From an uncultured SAR86 cluster bacterium (GTDB lineage Bacteria > Pseudomonadota > Gammaproteobacteria > Magnimaribacterales > AG-339-G14): a stretch of DNA of 64,000 nucleotides. A model generated the notes under the pieces. The model was not told the origin of the DNA and did not search any database. It was given only the letters and a program-made list of their open reading frames with translations. Position numbers and translations under genes: made by a program. Position 1 is the first letter of the stretch. Every line of letters begins with the position of its first letter. The DNA lies in the NCBI GenBank assembly GCA_902526045.1, contig CABZJI010000001.1:90482-154481 (forward strand), written 5' to 3'. Shown piece after piece: positions 47,302 to 57,688 of the stretch.

Positions 47302-48648
47302 ATGTCAGCTAAATCAATGGACGAATTAGTCTCTTTATGTAAAAGAAGAGGATTCATTTTTCAATCCAGTGAAATCTATGGTGGCTTACAAGGTGTGTAT
47401 GACTTTGGACCGCTTGGAGTTGAATTAAAAAATAATTTAAAAAATGCATGGTGGAAATCCATGGTCTATGAAAGAGATGATGTTGAAGGTTTGGACGCAT
47501 CAATTTTAACTAATAGGCTAGTATTAAATTATTCTGGCCATGAAGATACTTTCACTGACCCTATGGTTGATTGTAAATCTTGTGGGGAAAGGTTTAGAGC
47601 AGACCAAATTCCAGACTATTGCAAAGAAGAAGACTTAACTGAGCCTCGTCAATTTAATTTGATGTTCAAAACAAATATTGGTCCCGTTGATGATGGAGAA
47701 AACTTTGGATATTTAAGGCCTGAGACTGCGCAACAGATCTTTACAAATTTTAAAAACGTCATTGATTCTACCTCTAGAACTTTACCATTTGGAATCGCTC
47801 AAATAGGGAAGGCTTTCAGAAACGAAATAACTCCAAGAAATTTTATATTTAGAGTCAGAGAGTTTGAACAAATGGAATTGGAATATTTTGTTAATCCTGG
47901 GACCGATGAAAATTGGCACGAAAATTGGGTAGAGTTAAGACTTGCATGGTGGGAGCAACAGGGAGTTCCTAAAGAAAGAATAAGGCTTTTGAATATAGAA
48001 GGAGAGGATTTAGCGCATTATTCCAAAAAGACAGTTGATTTAATGTACGAATTCCCTCATGGCGAGGAAGAACTGGAGGGCATAGCAAATAGAACTGATT
48101 TTGATTTAGGTTCACATTCCAAAAATCAAGACCAACTAAATATACAAAGCAAGATAAGAAAAAATTCAGACTCTAACTCAAAATTAGCGATTCAGGATAA
48201 AGATTCAAATGAATGGATCGTTCCTTTTGTTATAGAGCCATCTGCTGGCGTCGAAAGAGGAGTGCTGGCTATTTTGAATGAAGCTTACAAAGTTGAGAAA
48301 TTGGAAGACGGAAAAGAAAGAATAGTTCTAGCTCTTAAACCTCATCTCAGTCCAATAAAGGCCGCCGTAATTCCTTTGAAAAAAAATAATGAAGATCTCG
48401 TAACCTTGGCTAAAAATGTCAAAGACGAGCTTCAATCTTTAGGTAAGGGCAGAGTTCTTTTAGAAAATACAGGAAATATTGGAAAAAGTTATAGGAAGCA
48501 TGACGAAGTAGGTACTCCTATGTGCATAACGATTGATTTTGATTCTCTTGAGAAAGATACAGTTACAATAAGAGACAGAGACAGTATGGATCAAAAAACT
48601 ATTCAAATACAAGATATTACAACTTATTTCTCTAATTTTTTTAAATAA
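47302..48648 (+). CDS. glyQS: glycine--tRNA ligase, single-chain alpha2 (GlyQS) type
   Basis: 448 aa. [33 protein letters not shown] and EPSAGVERG are class-II alpha2-GlyRS motifs. Confidence 0.92.
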   Translation: MSAKSMDELVSLCKRRGFIFQSSEIYGGLQGVYDFGPLGVELKNNLKNAWWKSMVYERDDVEGLDASILTNRLVLNYSGHEDTFTDPMVDCKSCGERFRADQIPDYCKEEDLTEPRQFNLMFKTNIGPVDDGENFGYLRPETAQQIFTNFKNVIDSTSRTLPFGIAQIGKAFRNEITPRNFIFRVREFEQMELEYFVNPGTDENWHENWVELRLAWWEQQGVPKERIRLLNIEGEDLAHYSKKTVDLMYEFPHGEEELEGIANRTDFDLGSHSKNQDQLNIQSKIRKNSDSNSKLAIQDKDSNEWIVPFVIEPSAGVERGVLAILNEAYKVEKLEDGKERIVLALKPHLSPIKAAVIPLKKNNEDLVTLAKNVKDELQSLGKGRVLLENTGNIGKSYRKHDEVGTPMCITIDFDSLEKDTVTIRDRDSMDQKTIQIQDITTYFSNFFK

Positions 48649-48656
48649 AAATATTC

Positions 48657-49199
48657 TTGAATAATTCAAGTAAATATATTGTTTTAGATCGTGATGGTGT
48701 CATCAACGTTGATCTATTCGATTATGTAAGAGATCCAAAAGAATTTGAATTCGAATATATGAGCGTTCAAGCATTGAAAAAATTATCAGACAAAAATATA
48801 AAAATTATTGTTCTTACAAATCAAGCCTGCATTTCACAAAAAACGGCATCTGAAGAAATGATAAATAGCGTTCATGATCATATGGAAAATGAACTGAAGA
48901 AAGTTGGAGCTGAGATTGAGCTGGTTCTATTTTGTCCGCATGCAAATGAAGACAATTGTGAATGTAGAAAACCCAAAACAGGTTTGTTGGAAAAAGCTGA
49001 AGCTGAGCTTGGAATTTCACTCAAGGAATGTTTTTTTATTGGCGATAAAGAATCTGATTTGCTTGCTGCAAAAAAGCATGGGTGTCATCCGGTCTTGGTT
49101 CTTACTGGATATGGAATGCATACCATTAGGACGGCCGAAAGTTTGCAAGGTGTAAAAATTTACGAGAATTTATTTGAAGCAATAGAAAATAACTTTTAA
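48657..49199 (+). CDS. gmhB: D-glycero-beta-D-manno-heptose-1,7-bisphosphate 7-phosphatase
   Basis: 180 aa. HAD motif I LDRDGVIN, zinc-site cysteines CPH..C.CRKP, and GDKESD. Obligatory TTG start. Confidence 0.85.
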   Translation: MNNSSKYIVLDRDGVINVDLFDYVRDPKEFEFEYMSVQALKKLSDKNIKIIVLTNQACISQKTASEEMINSVHDHMENELKKVGAEIELVLFCPHANEDNCECRKPKTGLLEKAEAELGISLKECFFIGDKESDLLAAKKHGCHPVLVLTGYGMHTIRTAESLQGVKIYENLFEAIENNF

Positions 49200-49906
49200 T
49201 GCTTTATCTTAGATCAGGTATTTTTTATTTATTCCTAATTATCGGATTGGGATTAATTTTCATTGGCATACCTCTCTTGTATTTCACCCCATTAATTACA
49301 CGACAAAAAATTATTTTAAGCTGGGTTTGGTTAGTAAAATTTTTGTTGAAATTTATTTGTAATGTTGAAATTGAATTTAAGGGATTCAAAGATTATCTTG
49401 ATGGTAAATTTCTCTTTGTCTCTAATCACCAAAGCACATTGGAAACATTGGTTTTACATCATGAGTTTCAACCAATGTCAGCGATTACAAAAAAAGAAAA
49501 TTTGAGTGTTCCAGTTTTTGGCTTAGGTTTTAGATTGCTTGAACCCATTTATATAGAAAGAGATATGAAGCTGAGCTCTACCAAAAAAATTATAAGAGAA
49601 GGGATAAAAAAAATTGAAGCTGGACTATCTGTTTTATATTTTCCAGAAGGCACGAGGATGCCAATAGGAGAGATAGGAAGGTTTTCTAGAACTGGTATTG
49701 AAGTTGCTGCCAAAACAGAAATCAGCATCATCCCTATAGTTCATAACTCAGCAGAGTGTTGGCCCCCCAGTTACTTAATACAACCTGGAAAAGTTATTTT
49801 TTACTTAGGCGATCCAGTTAAAACGTCTGGTAAAAATATTAGACAACTAACAACTGACCTTCAATCTTGGATGATTGAAAATTATCATCTAACGTCCGAA
49901 TCTTAG
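49199..49906 (+). CDS. plsC: 1-acyl-sn-glycerol-3-phosphate acyltransferase
   Basis: 235 aa. NHQSTLE (HX4D/E) and FPEGTR motifs. 1-nt overlap with gmhB. Confidence 0.85.
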   Translation: MLYLRSGIFYLFLIIGLGLIFIGIPLLYFTPLITRQKIILSWVWLVKFLLKFICNVEIEFKGFKDYLDGKFLFVSNHQSTLETLVLHHEFQPMSAITKKENLSVPVFGLGFRLLEPIYIERDMKLSSTKKIIREGIKKIEAGLSVLYFPEGTRMPIGEIGRFSRTGIEVAAKTEISIIPIVHNSAECWPPSYLIQPGKVIFYLGDPVKTSGKNIRQLTTDLQSWMIENYHLTSES

Positions 49907-50021
49907 CAATATCTTTATAAAAAGGTTCTCAAATCTTAATTTCATAAAAAAACTCCCTTTTTTGCTCGTTTTTGCTAAATTTATTACTTAAATAGAACAA
50001 AAGTACCATTTTGGGGGAAAT

Positions 50022-50456
50022 ATGCTTAAAAAACTGTTTAGTCAGGCTACAAATGACAAAATTCACTGGACAACTCTTATAAGTGAAAAAATCCTTTTAG
50101 CTCTTATAGGAATTGCAACATGCGTGGCTGCAGCCCTTTATTTATGGGAAATGTTCATTAATAGACGAATTGAACTATCCGATTTATTTTTATTATTCAT
50201 ATATGCTGAAATTTTAGGTATGGTGGGGTCTTTTTACAGCACAAATAGAATTCCAGTAACTTTGCCAATAATCATTGCTATAACAGCTATATGTAGATTA
50301 ATTGTGATGCAGAATAAGGAAATGGAAGCTACGTTGATTGTAGGGGAAGCTGCAGCGGTTCTAATCTTGGCAGGTGCTGCATACATGATGAGCCTAAAAG
50401 ATAAGATAAGTATGGAAAAATTAAAAGGCCCAAAGAATGATGATATCCAAAGCTAA
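50022..50456 (+). CDS. PsiE-like (phosphate-starvation-inducible E family) membrane protein
   Basis: 144 aa, 4 TM. YAEILGMVGSFY...PIIIAITAICRLIV parallels E. coli PsiE FEFIALIVKYF...IGITAIVRLII (from memory). Confidence 0.5.
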   Translation: MLKKLFSQATNDKIHWTTLISEKILLALIGIATCVAAALYLWEMFINRRIELSDLFLLFIYAEILGMVGSFYSTNRIPVTLPIIIAITAICRLIVMQNKEMEATLIVGEAAAVLILAGAAYMMSLKDKISMEKLKGPKNDDIQS

Positions 50457-50767
50457 TGTTTTTTAAGCGGCTTTTCAGATTCTTCAAACCAACTGTCTAT
50501 AATTTCATTGTTCTCATCTATCCATCTTTCAATTTGAAGGATGACAAAATCTTGTCCAGAAATTAAATCAAAATTCTCTTGCGGCATTGATTCCTTTTCT
50601 CTCTCAAGAAGCTCTTTCAATGAAATGAGATTTTCTGTTTGTTGTTGATATTCCAAAAGAGTAGGATTTTTTTTATCAGAAAAAGTGTCTTGGATTTCAT
50701 CCAATAATTGATCTTTGAATTTTTGAATCTCTTTGATATTCAAAACTCTTTTATCTCTCTGTTCCAA
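50453..50767 (-). CDS. hypothetical acidic protein
   Basis: 104 aa with a TTG start. It overlaps the upstream Coq4-like ORF by 28 nt. No recognisable motif. Confidence 0.35.
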   Translation of the reverse strand: MEQRDKRVLNIKEIQKFKDQLLDEIQDTFSDKKNPTLLEYQQQTENLISLKELLEREKESMPQENFDLISGQDFVILQIERWIDENNEIIDSWFEESEKPLKKH

Positions 50768-51279
50768 GAAACTTTTGTTATTTTTCTTTCTGAATGTATA
50801 AGAATCTTAATACGAAATTCTTCTCTTATTTCTTTTATACTTTTATCAAGCAACTCTTCTGAAAAATAATAATTCCAACGCTTCTTCATTTTAAAGCATC
50901 TAAATAAAATCTTTGGCCACTTTTTAAACATGACTTTTAAGTAAAGAAAAAAGTACTTTGTATAACCAACGTCTTTTAAAAGGATTTCAACTTTTTCTTT
51001 AGTCTCTTTGAAATTTATTTTTCCAGAAAAATAATCTTTTAATATTTGAAAATAATTTCCACCAAAGAATACCCAGCAATCCAACATTGCTTCCTCCTCT
51101 AGGGTTGTATCTAATCCAAAAATTACATGAGTCGCATCATGGCAGAGAATGCCCCACTTTTCTGAATTGCTAACTTTTTCTCCAAGAACATATCTATTAT
51201 TTTTTCTTAAATAACTTCTATATTCTTCTATTCCTTCTTTCAAGGAAGTATTGCAATCTTGGTTCTGAAAATTTAGCAT
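50740..51279 (-). CDS. Coq4-family-like protein (HDxxH-x11-E motif)
   Basis: 179 aa. CHDATHVIFGLDTTLEEE closely parallels the eukaryotic COQ4 zinc motif HDxxHxxFGLxTxLxGE. Confidence 0.55.
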   Translation of the reverse strand: MLNFQNQDCNTSLKEGIEEYRSYLRKNNRYVLGEKVSNSEKWGILCHDATHVIFGLDTTLEEEAMLDCWVFFGGNYFQILKDYFSGKINFKETKEKVEILLKDVGYTKYFFLYLKVMFKKWPKILFRCFKMKKRWNYYFSEELLDKSIKEIREEFRIKILIHSERKITKVSWNREIKEF

Positions 51280-51350
51280 TTTTTTATTATAGTTTAATAC
51301 TTTTCACTCATTACAAACTTTAGTTTAATTTTTTGTTTTAAACTCATTAA

Positions 51351-51560
51351 ATGAATTTAAGTATGTTCATCATTGGAAGCGCGGTTTTCATTGTTGCTTT
51401 TTCTTTTTTTAAAGTTACTGCTTTGAAGAAAACTAAAAATAAAAATGAATCTTGGTTTAAGCTTATTTCAGTTTTTCTCGTGGACCTTATTGTGCTCATG
51501 GTGGGCACTCTTGGAGTAGGGATATTTTTTGTCTCCTTGTTCAACGCATTTCATGGATAA
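51351..51560 (+). CDS. small two-TM protein
   Basis: 69 aa with two hydrophobic helices separated by a KKTKNKNE loop. Its stop overlaps the ATG of the next ORF. Confidence 0.3.
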   Translation: MNLSMFIIGSAVFIVAFSFFKVTALKKTKNKNESWFKLISVFLVDLIVLMVGTLGVGIFFVSLFNAFHG

Positions 51561-51789
51561 ACTTTTAAGGAGTAGTTTTCTCAGTAATCTCTTTGCTTAT
51601 CTAAAATATAGATATTTTTTACAAGATATTGATTTTAATGAAGATATTTCTATGTATGAAGACTTATTTTCTAATGGGCAAAGAGTTTTTCATGGAGTGT
51701 TATTAGACGATGAGGGAAATCTTATAGAGGACAATCAAGAACCTGAAAATAACTGCCTAGAAGACTTTTTGCTCAAGCAAAGAAATTAA
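51553..51789 (+). CDS. hypothetical acidic protein
   Basis: I prefer the ATG at 51553 (MDKLLRSS.., 78 aa), which overlaps the upstream stop by 8 nt. No recognisable motif. Confidence 0.3.
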   Translation: MDKLLRSSFLSNLFAYLKYRYFLQDIDFNEDISMYEDLFSNGQRVFHGVLLDDEGNLIEDNQEPENNCLEDFLLKQRN

Positions 51790-51791
51790 AG

Positions 51792-52841
51792 TCAGGATCT
51801 AGAAGATCCTATGGCGACCGGTCTGATTGGTGAGGCCGCACTACCTTTCGTTTTAAGCGGGAGAATCATCACACATGAAAGATCAACAGAATCCTTCGCA
51901 AGTGAATCAAGCTTTAAGTTTTCTATGGTGTGAATGCCAACCTGAGTTAAGAAATAATAGTGTGCCGGCAAAACAACGCCATCAGGATTTTGAGATGCCT
52001 CTTTACCCATTTCGCTTGGATCACCAAAGGCATCCACCCCCCAATTATCTACACCTACTCCTACAACTTTTTTAGCAGCTAAAAACTTTGCGGCATTAAA
52101 CGATATTCCTGGAGCTTTGGAGTAATAAATTTTTTTTTCATCGGGATCTTCATAATGATCACTCCAACCAGTATAAATAAGAACAACGTCGCCAGGCAGA
52201 ACTCCTCTCTGTTTTAATGATGATTTATTTAAGGCTTCTTTTATATGTTTCACGGTTACGTATTCACCAGCCTTCATTGCTCTTCCATTGAAAGAATATT
52301 TTCTTACATCAAGCAATACTCCAGTTGTTATGATCGGGGGAACAGTTTCGATACCTAATTTTTGTAATGGGGATTCTGGAAATGGTTTAACTTCTTTTGC
52401 TGTTAGATTTTTAAAGTATTTAACGCCAGAAAGATCTACTTCACCTTTTCCGTCCCAAAATTTATCAGAATGTCCAAAGTGGCCAAGAGCATCAATTTGG
52501 GTTCCTTGATTTCCATCATTTACGTTTTCATTAAGTACATCCATTGTATAAATGTGATTAGAGTTTTCGAAACCTAGTTCAGGTAAAAATTTTGGTTTGT
52601 ACTCTCCAGCAAATGGAGAAAGTGGCATTGTTGAAGTTCGCTCGTAAGACAATTCATAAACCTTTGCATTATTTTTAGACATCTCAGCCGCACATCTAGT
52701 CCAAGTATCTGTTCCAAGTAAATTTGTCATTCCTCTTTCAGATATAAATTCATCGGCAAAAGATAGATTCAAGAAAAATAGAGTGAAAACTATAAAAAAT
52801 ATTTTCTTATCAAAGTTGCTTAAACTTAGTATGTGCATCAA
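51792..52841 (-). CDS. secreted cyclase-family (kynurenine formamidase-like) protein with degenerate metal motif
   Basis: 349 aa with a signal peptide (..LNLSFA/DE). GDVVLIYTGW and VGVDNWGVD are typical of the family, but the HxGTHxDxPxH motif reads NQGTQIDALGH. Confidence 0.65.
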   Translation of the reverse strand: MMHILSLSNFDKKIFFIVFTLFFLNLSFADEFISERGMTNLLGTDTWTRCAAEMSKNNAKVYELSYERTSTMPLSPFAGEYKPKFLPELGFENSNHIYTMDVLNENVNDGNQGTQIDALGHFGHSDKFWDGKGEVDLSGVKYFKNLTAKEVKPFPESPLQKLGIETVPPIITTGVLLDVRKYSFNGRAMKAGEYVTVKHIKEALNKSSLKQRGVLPGDVVLIYTGWSDHYEDPDEKKIYYSKAPGISFNAAKFLAAKKVVGVGVDNWGVDAFGDPSEMGKEASQNPDGVVLPAHYYFLTQVGIHTIENLKLDSLAKDSVDLSCVMILPLKTKGSAASPIRPVAIGSSRS

Positions 52842-52846
52842 GTAAT

Positions 52847-53242
52847 TTAAGTTTCTCTATTTTTTCTTACTTCAATGAAAGATTTAACGTTCACATAGGT
52901 AAAAAATGAACCTGATAACAACAACATTAACTTCGATAAATCCCCCCAAAAATTGGAAAATAAGCCAGGAAAGCTTCTGAATACGTCAAATCCTCCCAAA
53001 GCCGCCAAAATAATTAAAAAGACTACGATGTGCATGAAAAGTTTTTTTCTATTCGTAAGTAAAATTGACAAAAGAGAGAATATAAATATTGGCAATCCAA
53101 TAAAAGAGGGTATGAAAGAAGTTAATGAATTGCTGCCAGATATCATTGAGACAAGCAAACCCCAAGCTATTAAAAAAATACCATAAGCTAATGATAATTT
53201 TTCAGCGTTATAGCCAAACATTTTGAATTCTTTAGTTTCCAT
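52847..53242 (-). CDS. 4-TM membrane protein
   Basis: 131 aa with four hydrophobic helices. It lies 5 nt upstream of the cyclase-family gene on the same strand. An alternative start is at 53221. Confidence 0.4.
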   Translation of the reverse strand: METKEFKMFGYNAEKLSLAYGIFLIAWGLLVSMISGSNSLTSFIPSFIGLPIFIFSLLSILLTNRKKLFMHIVVFLIILAALGGFDVFRSFPGLFSNFWGDLSKLMLLLSGSFFTYVNVKSFIEVRKNRET

Positions 53243-53269
53243 TATTTAATTGTATATTCTTAAGAAGAA

Positions 53270-53794
53270 ATGACAAAAACACTATTATTTTTAACATTAT
53301 TATCATCTTCAGTCTTTTGCGAAGAGATGATTATAGGTGAGGAAAAGATTTTTCCGGGTATTGATTTAGTATTTGAAGCAGCCCCAAAAGATGAGATTTT
53401 TCCAAAGGAGTACTATCCTTCGAAACCTTCTTCTGACCTTCATATTGAGCTGCTTGCAACTTGGTCTAAAGATAATGAAGCAGGTTTCCAGGCGGGGGGA
53501 TTTGTTCCTTACCTAGACATAGATTTACAAATAACTGGCAAAAATGGATCCAGTAAAATCTATAGATTGACTCCACATATAAATTTAAAAGATAGTTTGC
53601 ACTATGCTCAAAATATAAAATTACCTGCCGATCCGAATGAATCATATAAAGTAAGATTTAAAATATCTCCGCCTAGTGGAGAAGATTTAGGAATCCATAA
53701 AGACTGGAAATTGAATTTTAATAATTTTATAAAGCCTCATGTCTTTGAATATGAAGATTTAGATTTTAAGAAAATTATTTCAGCAACAAGATAA
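53270..53794 (+). CDS. P19/FtrA (Tp34)-like periplasmic iron-transport-family protein
   Basis: 174 aa with a signal peptide. DLHIELLA, GGFVPYLDIDL, SLHYAQNIKL and YKVRFKISPP parallel C. jejuni P19 (IHLEADIH, GFWMPYLTIAY, GPHYGANI, YELTFYISNP; from memory). Confidence 0.55.
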   Translation: MTKTLLFLTLLSSSVFCEEMIIGEEKIFPGIDLVFEAAPKDEIFPKEYYPSKPSSDLHIELLATWSKDNEAGFQAGGFVPYLDIDLQITGKNGSSKIYRLTPHINLKDSLHYAQNIKLPADPNESYKVRFKISPPSGEDLGIHKDWKLNFNNFIKPHVFEYEDLDFKKIISATR

Positions 53795-53850
53795 TTGCCA
53801 ATAAATTTCATTTCCCGTTTTTAGGAAAAATTTTTTAAGCTATCGAAAAG

Positions 53851-54159
53851 TTATTGTGCCAAGTTAAAGTTATCTGTTCCTTCTCTTGCTCCCATCCAAG
53901 TTTCATCTGCAACTTGCGTAGAAATATCAGATAAGTCAAACAACGCTTTCATTGCATCTGCTGTTGGTTGAGCTCCTGCTCCCCAAGAGCCAGGCTCCGC
54001 ATCAACTATAAAAGCAATTAAATTAGGATTTACCCAGTAGTATTTTGCATCTTTTACTCCTGGCGAGGCTTTTGCAGTTTTGCAAACAGAGTATGCGGTG
54101 TTTCCAAAAGCATTTCTATCTGCGCCACTGTGCATTTCGTATTTAGTTATTTGCAACAT
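53851..54159 (-). CDS. hypothetical protein
   Basis: 102-aa ORF downstream of gyrB on the same strand. No recognised motif. Confidence 0.35.
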   Translation of the reverse strand: MLQITKYEMHSGADRNAFGNTAYSVCKTAKASPGVKDAKYYWVNPNLIAFIVDAEPGSWGAGAQPTADAMKALFDLSDISTQVADETWMGAREGTDNFNLAQ

Positions 54160-54219
54160 AAAAACTCCTTTTTTTTATAAATTAAGTATTTAAATAATAT
54201 CGGAAATTCTATTTGAAGA

Positions 54220-56658
<2,439 letters not shown>

Positions 56659-56661
56659 TCA

Positions 56662-57684
56662 TTATAAAGCAATTAAGGTATTAAATCGCCCTTTTATACC
56701 TAAAAAATCGGGGTCAATTGAGGACACAAACTTCTGTCCGGGAGCATCCAAAATTAGGTCCAAGCATTTTAGAAAATTCTCTTCGTCTAGCTCGGAAGGC
56801 AAGTCATCAACTAGTAGGATAGAGTGCTTATTTCCAAGGTTATTTATGTGTTGATTAAATCCTAAAATTATTAATAAAATCAATAACTTCTGCTCTCCTC
56901 TAGACAGAATATCACCTGATTTTACACCGTTTACATCATAGAGAAGATCAAGCCTATGAGGTCCAACAGTTGAAAATTTTACTTCTAAATCTTTTCGATA
57001 AACTTCGCGCAATTCATTCTTAAAATCTTCTTCTTCTAACCAAAGATTTTCAACCCTAAAATTTACCTTTTTTTCAACAGGAAAATCCTTATCAAAACTT
57101 ACTTTTAGCAATGGGATTATCTTATCCAAATGCTTGTTTCTCAAAGATGAAATTTCTAATGATTTTTCGATAAAAAGATCGTTCCAAATTTTGAAAGTTT
57201 CTTTGTTTGTCTCTCTGAGCGCATTGTTCCTAAGTCTCAATGATTTATGAAACTCTACATATTTTTTTTTGTAGTCTTGTTCCACGTGAAACAAATAAAA
57301 ATCTAAGAAGTTTCTTCTAGTATCAGATGAAGACTCTAAATAATTTAGTGCAAAATTATTAATTAAAAACGGACAAACATCATTCAATATTGATTTTTTT
57401 GGAGTGATTTGCCGAACCAAAGCTTTGGTTTTTTTTCTAGAAAGCTCTACTTTCGAATTGTCGTCAAATAACGCTTTCAAAGCAAAAAAATTCTCTTCAA
57501 AAGGATAAAGAGAATTCATGTTGTTTGTTTTGAACGACTTATTTTCTATCGAGAAATAAATGCTTTCCAATAATGTAGTTTTTCCAGAACCGTTTTTACC
57601 CGAAATAAGATTTGAGGCAGTGAAAGAAAAAAATTTTTGTGAAAGGGCTCTAAAAGAAGATAGCTCTAATTTTTTTAAACCCAT
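56662..57684 (-). CDS. recF: DNA replication and repair protein RecF
   Basis: 340 aa. Walker A GKNGSGKTTLLE, signature SRGEQK and Walker B LLVDD. Confidence 0.9.
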   Translation of the reverse strand: MGLKKLELSSFRALSQKFFSFTASNLISGKNGSGKTTLLESIYFSIENKSFKTNNMNSLYPFEENFFALKALFDDNSKVELSRKKTKALVRQITPKKSILNDVCPFLINNFALNYLESSSDTRRNFLDFYLFHVEQDYKKKYVEFHKSLRLRNNALRETNKETFKIWNDLFIEKSLEISSLRNKHLDKIIPLLKVSFDKDFPVEKKVNFRVENLWLEEEDFKNELREVYRKDLEVKFSTVGPHRLDLLYDVNGVKSGDILSRGEQKLLILLIILGFNQHINNLGNKHSILLVDDLPSELDEENFLKCLDLILDAPGQKFVSSIDPDFLGIKGRFNTLIAL

Positions 57685-57688
57685 GAGA

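Noticed and set aside
49940-49970. A-run/CTCCC/T-run sequence (aaaaaaactcccttttttgc) downstream of plsC that looks superficially like the paralog terminators.
   Set aside because: There is no complementary GGGAG arm, so no hairpin can form.
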